A model generated the notes under the pieces. It was not told where the DNA came from. It saw only the letters and a list, made by a program, of their open reading frames with translations, and searched no databases. Positions 11,755-22,505 of a stretch of DNA of 64,000 nt are shown here, piece after piece. Both the position numbers and the translations under genes were made by a program. Each line of letters begins with the position of its first letter. Position 1 is the stretch's first letter. Source of the DNA: an uncultured Armatimonadetes bacterium (GTDB lineage Bacteria > Armatimonadota > UBA5829 > DTJY01); NCBI GenBank assembly GCA_963717145.1, contig OY970325.1:4576001-4640000 (forward strand), written 5' to 3'.

Positions 11755-12782
11755 TCCGCAAATCCCTCGGAGAGCTTGCCGCGTTGGTCGGAGGCGAGGT
11801 CGTCGGCGACCCGGCGATCGAGATCCTCGCAGCGGCGGACATTGACGATGCGCGCGAAGGCGACATAGTCTTTGCAGAGTCGCCGAAGCATCTGGAGCGG
11901 GCACTGGACTCGGATGCGGCGGCCGTCATTGCTCTTCCCGAGGCGGCGAACTCGGTCAAACCTTTGATCAGGATACGGCATCCCAGGCTGGCGTTTGCCA
12001 AGGTACTCGGAGCGCTGTCGCCCCGATCCGAACGCCCGATCGGTATCGACCCGACAAGCCGCATTGGAGCGAATCTTCAGGCAGGCGACGGCATCTCCAT
12101 CGGCTTCAACGCGTGCATTGGGGATGATGTCGTCCTGGGTTGCGACGTCTGGATCCATCCCCTGGTGTACATCGGGAGCAATGTGACGATCGGCAGGGGC
12201 TGCGTCATCCACCCAGCGGTCACGATACTCGATAGCGTCACCATCGGCGACAACGTGATCATCCACTCCGGAGCGGTCATCGGCGCGGATGGATTCGGAT
12301 ATACTGTGGCTGGTGGGGAGCACTTCAAGATTCCGCAAGTCGGCTCGGTTGTGATCGGCGACGACGTCGAGATCGGGGCCAATGTGACGATAGACCGCGC
12401 GCGAACCGGCAAGACGATGATCGGGCGTGGGACGAAGATAGACAACCTCGTGCACGTCGCGCACAACGTGACGATAGGCGAGAACTGCATCATAGTCGCG
12501 CAGGTCGGCATTTCGGGCAGTGTGAAGATAGGCGACCACGTCCTCTTCGGCGGACAGTGCGGCATCGTGGATCACCTCACGATCGGCAGCGGTTCGAGCA
12601 TCTGTGCTCAGGCAGGCGTGATCGGGAGCCTCCCGCCGGGGTCATCCGTTTCGGGGATGCCCGCCGTGCCGCACAACGAGCAGATGCGCGCTCAGGCGGC
12701 GCTTCTCCGGTTGCCTGCATTGCTGAAGACGATCCGCAGCCTCGAAAAGCGGGTCAAGGCGCTCGAAGAGGATGCTGAATGA
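11751..12782 (+). CDS. lpxD: UDP-3-O-acylglucosamine N-acyltransferase
   Basis: Hexapeptide repeats, [20 protein letters not shown]. Confidence 0.96.
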   Translation: MIRKSLGELAALVGGEVVGDPAIEILAAADIDDAREGDIVFAESPKHLERALDSDAAAVIALPEAANSVKPLIRIRHPRLAFAKVLGALSPRSERPIGIDPTSRIGANLQAGDGISIGFNACIGDDVVLGCDVWIHPLVYIGSNVTIGRGCVIHPAVTILDSVTIGDNVIIHSGAVIGADGFGYTVAGGEHFKIPQVGSVVIGDDVEIGANVTIDRARTGKTMIGRGTKIDNLVHVAHNVTIGENCIIVAQVGISGSVKIGDHVLFGGQCGIVDHLTIGSGSSICAQAGVIGSLPPGSSVSGMPAVPHNEQMRAQAALLRLPALLKTIRSLEKRVKALEEDAE

Positions 12783-13600
12783 CCGCGAGGCCGCAGTATA
12801 CGCTCAGATCGAGCGTCTCCATGCAAGGTATCGGCCTGCATTCCGGCGAACCTTGTACTATGGCGATCCAGCCGGCCTCGCCGGATACGGGGATCACCTT
12901 CGTGACCCCTCGAGGCGAGGTCCGGGCGTCGGTTGAGAATGTCTATGACACCAACCGCTGCACATGCATTCGATCCGGGAACGCCGAGGTCATCACGGTA
13001 GAGCACGTGCTGGCGGCGCTCTACGGGATGCGGGTGGATAATGCCCGTATCCTGTTAGACGGCCCGGAGCTTCCGGCGGGCGATGGAAGCGCTCTGCCCT
13101 TCGTTGAGCTTATCGAGCAGGCGGGGACCGAGATGCAGCCCGGTGAGCGGCGGGTACTGGAGATCGAGAAGCCGGTATGGGCCATCGACCGGGACAAGTG
13201 CGCGCTTGCACTGCCGTCGTCGGAGTTCAGGGTCAGTGGGCTGGTTTCGTTCGACCATCCGATGATCGGGGAGCAGGCGGTAAGTATCTGTGTGAGCCCT
13301 GAGATCTTCAAGAGAGAGATCGCTCCGGCGCGGACCTTTTGCACCGCGGAAGAGATCGAGACCTTGCATGCGGCGGGTCTCGGTCTGGGTGGCAGCGCCG
13401 ACAACGTACTTGTTATACACAGTAACCATTATTCGCCGGGTCTGCGCTTCCCGGATGAGATCGTTCGGCACAAAGTCCTGGACATGATCGGCGACCTGTC
13501 GCTTGCAGGCGGGACCCTGGCAGCGGATGTGACAGGCATCAGACCGAGCCATGCGTTGAATACTGAACTGGTCAGGCGGATTGTACAACTCTCGACGTAA
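12779..13600 (+). CDS. lpxC: UDP-3-O-acyl-GlcNAc deacetylase
   Basis: [33 protein letters not shown]. Confidence 0.96.
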   Translation: MTARPQYTLRSSVSMQGIGLHSGEPCTMAIQPASPDTGITFVTPRGEVRASVENVYDTNRCTCIRSGNAEVITVEHVLAALYGMRVDNARILLDGPELPAGDGSALPFVELIEQAGTEMQPGERRVLEIEKPVWAIDRDKCALALPSSEFRVSGLVSFDHPMIGEQAVSICVSPEIFKREIAPARTFCTAEEIETLHAAGLGLGGSADNVLVIHSNHYSPGLRFPDEIVRHKVLDMIGDLSLAGGTLAADVTGIRPSHALNTELVRRIVQLST

Positions 13601-13679
13601 CCTTCCGTAGGGGCGATCCTTCAACGGTCGCCCGCGGACAGGGCGACCGTTGAAGGATCGCCCCTACGGAAGGTTACGT
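13595..13679. repeat. GTAG-type REP doublet
   Basis: acgtaaccttccgtaggggcgatccttcaacggtcgccc … perfect reverse complement; relative at 22429-22490. Confidence 0.9.
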
Positions 13680-13702
13680 TCAGGGCAAAGGAGGTTGATG
13701 AC

Positions 13703-14200
13703 ATGTTGGATGTGGAGGAGATACTCGCGATATTACCGCACCGGTACCCTTTCCTCTTGGTCGACCGGATACTCGAGCTTGAGCCCGGGAAGCGCGCGGT
13801 CGGCGTGAAGAATGTGACGTTCAATGAGAGCTTCTTCCAGGGGCACTTCCCCGGGCATCCCGTCATGCCGGGTGTGCTCGTGCTCGAAGCGATGGCCCAG
13901 GTAGGGGGAGTGTTGCTCCTCAGCATGACCGGCAACGCCGGGAAGCTGGCCTACTTCGGAGGAATAGACAAGGTTCGGTTCAGAAAGCCCGTGGTGCCCG
14001 GTGATCAGTTGATCACGGAGGTAGAACTCCTGAAGAACCGAGGCGGCATCGGCAAAGTGCGAGTGACTGGTCGTGTTGACCGGCAGATCGTATGCGAGGG
14101 CGAGTTCATATTTGCCCTGGTCAAGCGAGACGGCATGGAGTCCGTGGAGGAGCCAGATGAAGTCATTACAGAGTGCGACCGAACTCTCGTTGCCACGTGA
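13703..14200 (+). CDS. fabZ: 3-hydroxyacyl-ACP dehydratase
   Basis: [25 protein letters not shown]. Confidence 0.97.
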   Translation: MLDVEEILAILPHRYPFLLVDRILELEPGKRAVGVKNVTFNESFFQGHFPGHPVMPGVLVLEAMAQVGGVLLLSMTGNAGKLAYFGGIDKVRFRKPVVPGDQLITEVELLKNRGGIGKVRVTGRVDRQIVCEGEFIFALVKRDGMESVEEPDEVITECDRTLVAT

Positions 14201-14228
14201 GACAGGGCCCGCTGGATCGGGGGAAGTC

Positions 14229-15014
14229 ATGATACACGAGACAGCAATCGTCAACCCTGGCGCACAACTCGGAGCCGGGGTCGAGGTCGGGGCCTTCAGC
14301 ATCATTGGGCAGGATGTCAGGATCGGCGATGGATGCGTGATCGAGCCGCATGCCATTGTCGAGCCGTTCACGACCGTCGGCGACAACTGCCGGATCTGCT
14401 CAGGCGTGATACTCGGCGGCCAGCCCCAGGACCACAAGTTCAAGGGCGAGCGGAGCTACCTCACGATTGGGAGCAACAACATCATACGCGAGTATGTGAC
14501 CATACACCGCGCCACCGGCCTGGACAAACAGACCACCATCGGCAGCGACAACATGCTGATGGCGTACTGCCACATCGGGCACAACTGCCATCTGGGAAGC
14601 GGCATCATGATGGCGAACATGGTCGGCATAAGCGGCCACGTGATCATCGAGGACAAGGTCGTCTTCGGCGGGATGGTCGGCGTCCATCAGTTCGTGCGGA
14701 TCGGCAAGATGGCGATGGTCGGCGGGTACTCCAAGATCGTGCAGGATGTGCCTCCCTTCGCGATGGTCGACGGCCGTCCCGCGAAGGTGTACGATCTCAA
14801 TGTGATCGGCCTCAGGAGGAGCGGGGTCAGTCCGAACGTGCGTAACGGGCTCAGGCAGGCGTACAAGCTGCTCTACCGGTCGAACCTCAATCTCTCGCAG
14901 TCTGTCGAGAGCATCGAGAGCGAGATCGAGCCGAGCCCCGAGCGGGACTACCTGTTGGAGTTTATCAGGAGCGTGAAGGTCGGGTTTGCCGGAAGACAAC
15001 TCGATCGTCGATAG
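14229..15014 (+). CDS. lpxA: UDP-GlcNAc O-acyltransferase
   Basis: MIHETAIV start, PQDHKFKGE, IREYVTIHR, LNVIGLRR. Confidence 0.96.
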   Translation: MIHETAIVNPGAQLGAGVEVGAFSIIGQDVRIGDGCVIEPHAIVEPFTTVGDNCRICSGVILGGQPQDHKFKGERSYLTIGSNNIIREYVTIHRATGLDKQTTIGSDNMLMAYCHIGHNCHLGSGIMMANMVGISGHVIIEDKVVFGGMVGVHQFVRIGKMAMVGGYSKIVQDVPPFAMVDGRPAKVYDLNVIGLRRSGVSPNVRNGLRQAYKLLYRSNLNLSQSVESIESEIEPSPERDYLLEFIRSVKVGFAGRQLDRR

Positions 15015-16343
15015 ATGAGCAAATCCACCCCGAGTATCGCCATTGTTGCCGGAGAGGCCTCGGGTGATCTGCAGGGGGCCATGCTCGCGGCCCGGTTGCG
15101 CGAGAGGTGTCCCGCGATCAGGATATCGGGAGTCGGCGGGCTGAGGATGCGGGATGCCGGCGTGCGGATGCTCCGCGATAGCTCGAAATGGAGCGCAATC
15201 GGAGTCGTTGAGGCCCTCAGGCTTGTGCCCAGGCTCTTCTTGATCCAGTCTCGGCTCGTCAAGGAACTCGAGTCCGATCCCCCTGACCTTCTGATATTGA
15301 TAGACTTCGGCGCGTTCAATATCAGGCTGGCGAGAAGGCTTCGTCGGACCGGGATGAAGGTGCTGTACTACTTCCCGCCGGGCTCATGGAGTCGGAGCAG
15401 TACCTACGAGAAGCTCCAGGGCCTGGTCGATGCCGTCGTGACCCCCTTCCCGTGGTCGGCCGAGACGCTCAGGGAGAAGGGATTCCGTGCTGAGTTTTTC
15501 GGTCATCCAGTTCTCGATACCGCAAAGCCCACGCTCAGCTATGAGGAATTCCTCGACCCTTTGGAGTGCGGAAGCGGAGTCTGCGGAGCTTCCGCTCTCG
15601 GATCCAAAGCGGAAGCTCCGCAGACTCCGCTTCCGCACTCCAAAGGGTCGATCGTCGGGTTGCTGCCCGGGAGCCGGGTCCAGGAGATCAGGCACAACCT
15701 GCCGGCCATGATGTTGGCGGCAGCTCGGCTCACGGAGTCGATGCCGAGCCTGCAGTTCGTCGTGCCCGTCGCGCCGACCATGGACATCCGTGTGGTCGCG
15801 GACGGCCTGAGGGCCGTGCCGTGGATCGATGTGCGGGGTGGGGGATCGGCGAGTTTCGGTGGACGTGCCCTGCCGATCGCTCGGGCGGTGGACGCTCTCG
15901 CGCGGAGCGAGGGCTTCCCACCGCCGCAGGGGAAGGTCACGGTCCACCTGATCCGGGGAATGGCCCAGGACGTGCTCGCATACTCCCGCGCGGCGGTCGT
16001 GTGCTCGGGAACGGCGACGTTGGAGGCCGCGGTGCTCGGTTGCCCGATGGTGATCATCTACCGCGCCTCGAAGCTGAGCCGGCTCGAGTACAGACTCCTC
16101 GGCAGGGGCATCGAGTTCATCGGCCTGCCGAACATCATCGCCAACGAGGAGATCTGCCCGGAGTTGATCGGCGACGAGGCATCGCCGGCCCGGATCGCGC
16201 AGTTGATGCACGGCCTGATCGAGGATTCCCACGAGCGAGGGGCGATGCTCGACGGCCTGGGGGACGTCAGGGATGCGCTCGGCAGTCCCGGCGCAGTCGA
16301 CCGGACCGCCGGCATGGTGCTGGAAATGCTGGGAGACAGATAA
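15015..16343 (+). CDS. lpxB: Lipid-A-disaccharide synthase with an in-frame palindromic insertion
   Basis: AGEASGD, GHPVLD, LLPGSRVQE, SGTATLE, IGLPNI motifs. Confidence 0.95.
   Translation: MSKSTPSIAIVAGEASGDLQGAMLAARLRERCPAIRISGVGGLRMRDAGVRMLRDSSKWSAIGVVEALRLVPRLFLIQSRLVKELESDPPDLLILIDFGAFNIRLARRLRRTGMKVLYYFPPGSWSRSSTYEKLQGLVDAVVTPFPWSAETLREKGFRAEFFGHPVLDTAKPTLSYEEFLDPLECGSGVCGASALGSKAEAPQTPLPHSKGSIVGLLPGSRVQEIRHNLPAMMLAAARLTESMPSLQFVVPVAPTMDIRVVADGLRAVPWIDVRGGGSASFGGRALPIARAVDALARSEGFPPPQGKVTVHLIRGMAQDVLAYSRAAVVCSGTATLEAAVLGCPMVIIYRASKLSRLEYRLLGRGIEFIGLPNIIANEEICPELIGDEASPARIAQLMHGLIEDSHERGAMLDGLGDVRDALGSPGAVDRTAGMVLEMLGDR
15553..15651. repeat. TTGGAGTGCG-family palindrome inside lpxB
   Basis: 44-bp perfect stem, 99 nt in total; family member at 43823-43943. 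Confidence 0.92.
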
Positions 16344-16358
16344 TGGTTAATGGTTAAT

Positions 16359-17430
16359 TGTCAAGTCCCACCACGTTGTGAACGGTAGTTCAGTAAGTCG
16401 GTAGGCTCTTTGATAAACGGATCTGGTCTTTGCGCGTACCAGTCGCAGACCTTCTCATAGGGTGTCTTGCCACCGATCGCGCTGTGCTGTCTCCTTAGAT
16501 TGTAGATGGTCAGCCACTGGTGGAGTCCATCTATCAACTCCGGATATCCAGGATATCTGTGCATCTTGTACGTGCCCTCCTGGATCAGTCCGTTCATGCG
16601 TTCCACCAGACCGTTGGTCTTTGGTGTATACGGCCGGGTGAGCCTGTGTTCAATACCACAGGCTGAGCATACTTCATCAAAGAAGTGAGGTCTCTTCGCC
16701 GGACTGCCCCAACGGCTCCAATTGGCCAGAGTGAACTCTCTACCGTTGTCTGTCAGGATCTTGTGGATCATGAACGGATAGAACCACATGCACAGTCCAA
16801 GGAAGCCCACTGCGGATTCCTTGGTTAGGTTGTCGTACACCTGGAGGAAGGCTAGCCTTGTTGCTCTGTCTACCGCAACGAAGCAATACTTCCTCTTGCC
16901 CCCGATCTTGGGCAGGTAGAAACAGTCTATGTGAAGGTATCCAGGCAGATACTCTTTGAACTTGCCTGGACTTTCTCTCTTTTCTTTTTGGTACTGGGGG
17001 AGTCTGCTCACCCCTTTTCTGCTCAGTAAGCGATGTATACTGGCGCGTTCTGCATTCGGCAGAACTGTGACTACTGCACGCACCAGTGCATCGAGTGCTA
17101 GACCTTTGTCCCGGAGCGAGAGGATGATCTCCTCCTCTTCGGGGCTGAATGCATAATGGATCTTCCTGGGCCGACTGCTGCGGTCTTGCTGGTCACCCCG
17201 GGCCTTCCATTTGCAGACTGTTGCCGGCGATACATGGCAGATATCTGCGAGCTTTCTGCAGCTCTTGGGACTCTGCCTGAAAAACCGCCGTTGCTTCATA
17301 TTGCTGGTTGCGTTAGAATGGATCTGCATGCGAGTGGTCTCCTTTTTTGGTTTGGCGATCATCAAAGAGACTACCGCATGCACCTCCTTCTTTTCAACCC
17401 ACGGTGTTCATAATGTCATGAGACTGGACA
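16359..17430 (-). mobile_element. IS481-family insertion sequence (1072 bp)
   Basis: TGT…ACA ends, 25-nt imperfect IRs (19/25), GTTAAT 6-bp target duplication at 16353-16358 and 17431-17436. Confidence 0.93.
16361..17329 (-). CDS. IS481 DDE transposase
   Basis: MQIHSNAT start, LHID, ILTDNGREF, PKTNGLVERMN; lower GC than host genes. Confidence 0.93.
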   Translation of the reverse strand: MQIHSNATSNMKQRRFFRQSPKSCRKLADICHVSPATVCKWKARGDQQDRSSRPRKIHYAFSPEEEEIILSLRDKGLALDALVRAVVTVLPNAERASIHRLLSRKGVSRLPQYQKEKRESPGKFKEYLPGYLHIDCFYLPKIGGKRKYCFVAVDRATRLAFLQVYDNLTKESAVGFLGLCMWFYPFMIHKILTDNGREFTLANWSRWGSPAKRPHFFDEVCSACGIEHRLTRPYTPKTNGLVERMNGLIQEGTYKMHRYPGYPELIDGLHQWLTIYNLRRQHSAIGGKTPYEKVCDWYAQRPDPFIKEPTDLLNYRSQRGGT

Positions 17431-17496
17431 GTTAATGGCTGATGGGATGCCCCAGGTCTCCCATCAGCCATCAACCATCAACCATCCACCATTATT

Positions 17497-19287
17497 ATGG
17501 CCAATTCGAAAGACGACAAACGAGCGACCCATTCTCGAGATGCTGAGAAGCGGCTCGCCGGGTACTACAGACGGCACAGGAGACTGTTCCTCTCAGGCCT
17601 CTTGTGCACGATCGCCATTCAGGGAACCGTTTGGGTCTTCGCGTTCCTCATGGGCGATGTGTTGCGCGCCACTTTCGGCAAGGACCAGTCGAAACTCACC
17701 CTCGTCGCCGCCGCCATAGTCGGAATTCATGTCATCAAGTGGGGGCTGACCTACGGACAGACGTGCCTGATCTCCGCCGCTACGCAGAAGATCGCGGTCA
17801 GGCTCCGGAACGAGTTGTACGCCCATCTCCAAGCGCTTTCCCTCAGTTTCTTCGAGCGCACCAAGATCGGCCACCTGATGTCGAGGATGACCAACGACGT
17901 GAACGTCATCCAGTCGTCGTCCCAGCAGGTGGTAGAGGCCGTCTCAGCGCCAGTGGGCATCGTCGGGGGCCTCATCGCTGTCTTCGTCACGAACTGGCGG
18001 CTGGCCCTGGTTTCTGTGGTCGTGCTGCCGTTCATGTCATACGCCTTAGTCAAGATCAGTCGGGGCATGCGCAGCCTATCCGAGTTCCTCCAGCACAGTC
18101 TCTCGGACGTCGCCGCCGTCCTTCAGGAAACGCTCTCCGCGGTTCGGATCGTGAAGTCCTTTGGGATGGAAGACTACGAGACGAACCGTTTCGCCGGCGA
18201 AAACGAACGCACCTACGGAGCCGCCATGCGCGCCATCCGACGGAGCGCCCTGATGTCGCCGACCATCGAGCTTCTGGGCGTCACGGGGATCGCGTTCGTG
18301 CTGTGGTATGGCGGCCTGATGGTCGTGCGGAACACGATGCCGGGCTTCGACGCCGCCGACATGGTGGTCTTCCTCATGCTGCTCAGAGGTATCTCGGATT
18401 CCGCCAGGCAGCTCGGCAGGATCAACATCACCTATCATCAGATCATGACCGGCGCCACGAGGATATTCGATGTCCTCGACGAGGTCCCCGATGTCCGGGA
18501 GTCGCCCGAGGCAAGTGTGATGCCCGACATCGCCGGACGGATCGAGTTCCGACAGGTCTCATTCGGCTACAGTCCCGACAAGCCGGTACTCCACGACATA
18601 TCGTTCACCGTCGAGCCCGGCCGACAAGTCGCGCTGGTCGGTCCAAGCGGCGCGGGGAAGTCCACGATCGCGAACCTGATTCCGAGGTTCTACGACGTGA
18701 CGGACGGCGCTGTACTGATCGACGGGATGGACGTGCGCGATGTCACCCTCAGTTCGGTTCGCAGGCAGATCGGCATCGTCCCGCAGGAGACAATGCTGTT
18801 TAGCTCGAGCATCAAGGAGAACATCGCTTACGGGAGGATGGACGCCTCCGATGCGGACATACAGGCGGCCGCGGAAGCCGCCAACGCCCGCGAGTTCATC
18901 GAGGCCATGCCCGAGGGGTACGACACGCTGGTCGGCGAGCGTGGCGCGAAGCTCTCGGGCGGTCAGAGGCAGCGGATTGCGATCGCACGGGCGCTTCTCA
19001 AGGATCCGAGGCTGCTCATCCTCGATGAGGCGACCTCCTCGCTGGATGTGGCATCGGAGCAGGTCGTTCAGGAGGCCTTGGAGCGGCTCATGGCAAACAG
19101 GACGACCCTGGTGATCGCTCACAGGCTTTCCACCATCGTCAATGCGGACCGGATCGTCGTCATGAAGGATGGCGGGATAGTGGAGATCGGGAATCACACG
19201 GAGCTGATGGCGAAAGGCGGGGTGTACGCCCAGTTGTATGCGATCCAAAGCCGGAAGGTACCGGAGAGTGCGGGCGGGAGGAAATAG
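17497..19287 (+). CDS. msbA: Lipid A flippase-type ABC transporter
   Basis: TM domain plus GPSGAGKST, LSGGQRQR, LDEATS; context between lpxB and waaA. Confidence 0.85.
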   Translation: MANSKDDKRATHSRDAEKRLAGYYRRHRRLFLSGLLCTIAIQGTVWVFAFLMGDVLRATFGKDQSKLTLVAAAIVGIHVIKWGLTYGQTCLISAATQKIAVRLRNELYAHLQALSLSFFERTKIGHLMSRMTNDVNVIQSSSQQVVEAVSAPVGIVGGLIAVFVTNWRLALVSVVVLPFMSYALVKISRGMRSLSEFLQHSLSDVAAVLQETLSAVRIVKSFGMEDYETNRFAGENERTYGAAMRAIRRSALMSPTIELLGVTGIAFVLWYGGLMVVRNTMPGFDAADMVVFLMLLRGISDSARQLGRINITYHQIMTGATRIFDVLDEVPDVRESPEASVMPDIAGRIEFRQVSFGYSPDKPVLHDISFTVEPGRQVALVGPSGAGKSTIANLIPRFYDVTDGAVLIDGMDVRDVTLSSVRRQIGIVPQETMLFSSSIKENIAYGRMDASDADIQAAAEAANAREFIEAMPEGYDTLVGERGAKLSGGQRQRIAIARALLKDPRLLILDEATSSLDVASEQVVQEALERLMANRTTLVIAHRLSTIVNADRIVVMKDGGIVEIGNHTELMAKGGVYAQLYAIQSRKVPESAGGRK

Positions 19288-19289
19288 CG

Positions 19290-19945
19290 GTGACTTTGCT
19301 CCCCAAGGGTTCAAAGCCTGGTCTCATCTCCTTCTTCGGCTGGCTACTCATGCAGTTCATCGGACTTACGAGCCGGTGCAGGATCGTGGGCTATGACCGG
19401 GTAGAAGAGATGATCCGGAGCCGCCAGGGGTTTATCTTCATGCTGTGGCATGGGCGCACGATGCTCCCGGTCTATTTCTACCGCAACATGGGCGTTCATG
19501 CGATCATCGCGCTGTCGCGGGATGGCGAGCTTCAGTCGCGGATATTCCGGAGATTCGGTTTCGCCGTTATCCGGGGCTCGACCGGTCGCGGCGGCGTCAA
19601 GGCCGCTCTGACCGCTGTGAAGCGCCTGAGGGAGGGCGGGATGCTTGCCATCACGCCTGATGGACCCCTGGGTCCCCGAACGAGATTCAGGATGGAACGA
19701 TCTTTATTGCGAAGAAGGCCGGGGTGCCGATCGTTCCGGTCGGAGTAGGGATCAGCCGCCGGAAGCTCATGCCGACGTGGGACAGCTATGCGCTTCCGAT
19801 GCCGTTCTGCAGGTGCGGACTGGTCTTCGGAGATCCGCTCTCAGTCGCCGCCGAAGCAGATGATGCCGAGCTGAGGGACATGCTCAAGAGCGCCCTCGAT
19901 CGCGCGGAGTGCGAGGCCAGGATGCTCGTCGGAGAGGAGCACTGA
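19290..19945 (+). CDS. DUF374/lysophospholipid acyltransferase-family protein, frameshift near 19680
   Basis: LWHG, SRDGE, IRGSTGRGG, ITPDGPLGP; continues in another frame as …PIVPVG…WD…LPMPF. Confidence 0.8.
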
Positions 19946-19950
19946 ACACG

Positions 19951-21261
19951 GTGGCGTCGTTTCTGTACAATCTCCTTCTCATGGTCTGCTCTCCGGCGCT
20001 TTTCATCTACTTCCTCTGGCGGATTTTCATCAGCGGGAAGTCGAATGAGTCCTGGCGTCAGAATCTCGGGGCGCTCCCGCGTCTCGCCGACCGCGGCGGA
20101 CGTAAGCTGGTCTGGATCCATGCGGTCTCCGTAGGCGAGACCGTCGCATCTTTCCCGGTGGAGGAAGAGATCAAGCGTCTGATGCCGGACGTAATCATCC
20201 TCCACACGACGATCACACAGACGGGGCATGACGTCGCCCGCAAATCCGCGAAGTCGGCCGATGCGACCGCATACTTCCCATTCGATTTCCTCTTCTCCGT
20301 GAATCGCGCGCTCGACCGGGTGAGGCCTGACGTCTTCGTGATGATAGACACTGAGATCTGGCCGAACTTCCTCTCGGAGGCGCACAGTCGAGGCGTAAAG
20401 ACCGTCTTGGCGAACGGGCGGATCTCCGATAAGACGATAAAGAGCAGCAAGAGGTGGCCGTCGCTGCTAAAGTGGGCCACGTCCAACATCGATCAGTGCC
20501 TGATGCAGACCGACGAGGATGGGTTCCGGATCATATCGCTCGGCGCCCGACCGAATTCCGTGCACATCGTCGGCAGCACGAAGTTCGACCAGGACGGCGG
20601 ACAGCTCCCCCCGGCTGATGTGATCGCTCTCCGCGCTGACCTCGGCATCCCCGACTCGTCGCGTGTCCTCGTGGCGGGGAGCACCAATCCGGGTGAGGAC
20701 GAGCCGGTCCTCGATGCCTTCCGCATCCTGCGCAACACCTCTGATGGCGCGCGGGAAATGCGCCTCGTCATCGCACCGAGGCAGCTCGATCGGGCTGAGG
20801 AGATATGCTCCCTGGCCCAGTCGCGAGGGCTCACCTGCGCCCGGCGGTCGATGAAGGAGTCGGTCACCCCCGGCGGCTACGATGTCCTGATCCTCGACAC
20901 TTTCGGCGAGTTGGCGTCGGTCTACGCTGCCGGAGAGATAGCGTTCGTCGGAGGCAGCCTCATTCCCAAGGGCGGGCACAGCATCGTGCAGCCGATCCTG
21001 CAGGGGAAACCGGTCCTCTTCGGTCCGTACACGCACAAGACCCGCGATGTGGCGCAGATGGCGCTCTCTGCGGGCGTCGGCTTCGAGGTCAGGGACGCGG
21101 CGGAGTTCGCCTCGCGGGCCGAATCCCTGCTCTCGGATCGTGACCTCCTTGCTCAGATAGACGCCGCATGCCGGGAGCTTGTGGCCCGGAACAGAGGGGC
21201 CTCCACCCGCTGCGCGGAGGCGATCGTCAAGTTGCTGGAGCCCGACCATGGCCGGGAATAG
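19951..21261 (+). CDS. waaA: Kdo transferase
   Basis: WIHAVSVGE, DTEIWPN, NGRIS, FVGGSL…GGH; start codon approximate. Confidence 0.95.
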   Translation: MASFLYNLLLMVCSPALFIYFLWRIFISGKSNESWRQNLGALPRLADRGGRKLVWIHAVSVGETVASFPVEEEIKRLMPDVIILHTTITQTGHDVARKSAKSADATAYFPFDFLFSVNRALDRVRPDVFVMIDTEIWPNFLSEAHSRGVKTVLANGRISDKTIKSSKRWPSLLKWATSNIDQCLMQTDEDGFRIISLGARPNSVHIVGSTKFDQDGGQLPPADVIALRADLGIPDSSRVLVAGSTNPGEDEPVLDAFRILRNTSDGAREMRLVIAPRQLDRAEEICSLAQSRGLTCARRSMKESVTPGGYDVLILDTFGELASVYAAGEIAFVGGSLIPKGGHSIVQPILQGKPVLFGPYTHKTRDVAQMALSAGVGFEVRDAAEFASRAESLLSDRDLLAQIDAACRELVARNRGASTRCAEAIVKLLEPDHGRE

Positions 21262-22339
21262 GGCCGCGCTGGAGTACCTCGAGTCGGTCGTCTATGGTGA
21301 TCGTCGCCGGCTGATCGACCTGCCGGTCCTCGGAGCGCTCAGAGGGCTGTCGTGCGTCTACCGCGCGGGCCTGCAACTCTACATGCTCCCATTCGATCTC
21401 GGCATCCGCCGAAGGAAGCGCCTCCCGGTCCCCGTGATCAGTATCGGCAACATCACCATGGGCGGCACGGGCAAAACTCCGATGACGAGGTACGTGTGCG
21501 AGGGACTGCTGGCCCGTGGACGGAAGCCCGCGGTGTTGAGTTATGGCTATGGAGGATCGCTCGCGGGACGGTTCGGCATCGTCTCTGTGCCGGAGGAGTT
21601 GCGTCTCACCGCGCGCGAGGCCGGCGACGAACCCGTGATGCTGGCGTCGAAGCTGCCCGGAGTCCCTGTCCTCGTCGGGAAGCACCGCCACGAGACTGGG
21701 ACTCATGCGGTCAGGGAATTCGGCACAGACATCGCGGTTCTGGATGATGGCTTCCAGGTCTGGAAGCTCCATCGGGACCTCGACATAGTCCTGGTGGATG
21801 GGACCGCCCCGTTCGACAACGGCAGAACGCTCCCCGCAGGCAGACTTCGTGAGCCGCCATCCGCGCTTCGGCGCGCGAAGTGCATTGTAATCACAGGCAT
21901 CGATTCGGGCGACGTCACAGCCGCAGTCTCCCGTATCGCTCCCGGCGCGTCCATCTTCTCCGCCAGGCACGTCGCAGAGGCCCTCCGTCCCATCGGCGGC
22001 GGTGAACAGATCGGCTTGGGCGACCTCCACGGGCGGAGGGTCTTCGCGCTCTCTTCGATTGCCCATCCGGAGTCGTTTGCGAGGACCCTCGGCGAGACCG
22101 GCGCGCTGTCTGCCGGCAGAGGTTGTTACCCGGACCATCACCTCTACACGCAGGAAGACATCCTTGATATAGAGAACAAGGCCAGAGAATGCGGCGCGGA
22201 ATTCGTCGTCACGACCGAGAAGGACGCCGTGAAGCTGGAAGGCATTCGCACCGATCTGTCATTCCTCGCGATCGGAACGCGATTCTCTGTCAGCGATGAG
22301 GCCCGCTTCTGGGATATCATATGGAGTGCGGTGGCGTAA
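21248..22339 (+). CDS. lpxK: Tetraacyldisaccharide 4'-kinase
   Basis: GNITMGGTGKTP, GDEPVML, LDDGFQ, PAGRLRE, TTEKDAVK. Confidence 0.96.
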   Translation: MAGNRAALEYLESVVYGDRRRLIDLPVLGALRGLSCVYRAGLQLYMLPFDLGIRRRKRLPVPVISIGNITMGGTGKTPMTRYVCEGLLARGRKPAVLSYGYGGSLAGRFGIVSVPEELRLTAREAGDEPVMLASKLPGVPVLVGKHRHETGTHAVREFGTDIAVLDDGFQVWKLHRDLDIVLVDGTAPFDNGRTLPAGRLREPPSALRRAKCIVITGIDSGDVTAAVSRIAPGASIFSARHVAEALRPIGGGEQIGLGDLHGRRVFALSSIAHPESFARTLGETGALSAGRGCYPDHHLYTQEDILDIENKARECGAEFVVTTEKDAVKLEGIRTDLSFLAIGTRFSVSDEARFWDIIWSAVA

Positions 22340-22360
22340 TGCCGCCCTGCGCCCGATTCC

Positions 22361-22490
22361 CTGACGACTCCCGTCGTCGGGGCCGTCCCCGACGACGGGA
22401 GTCGTCAGGACATCGCTAGCGTGCTATCCCGTAGGGGAGGCCTTCAACGGCCTCCGGTTTGCGGGCGACCGTAGAAGGTCGCCCCTACGG
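22361..22490. repeat. Two adjacent palindromes (GACGACTCC type and GTAG REP doublet)
   Basis: ctgacgactcccgtcgtcgggg…ccccgacgacgggagtcgtcag and ccgtagggg…cccctacgg. Confidence 0.85.
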
Positions 22491-22505
22491 CTGGAGTTCC
22501 AACTG

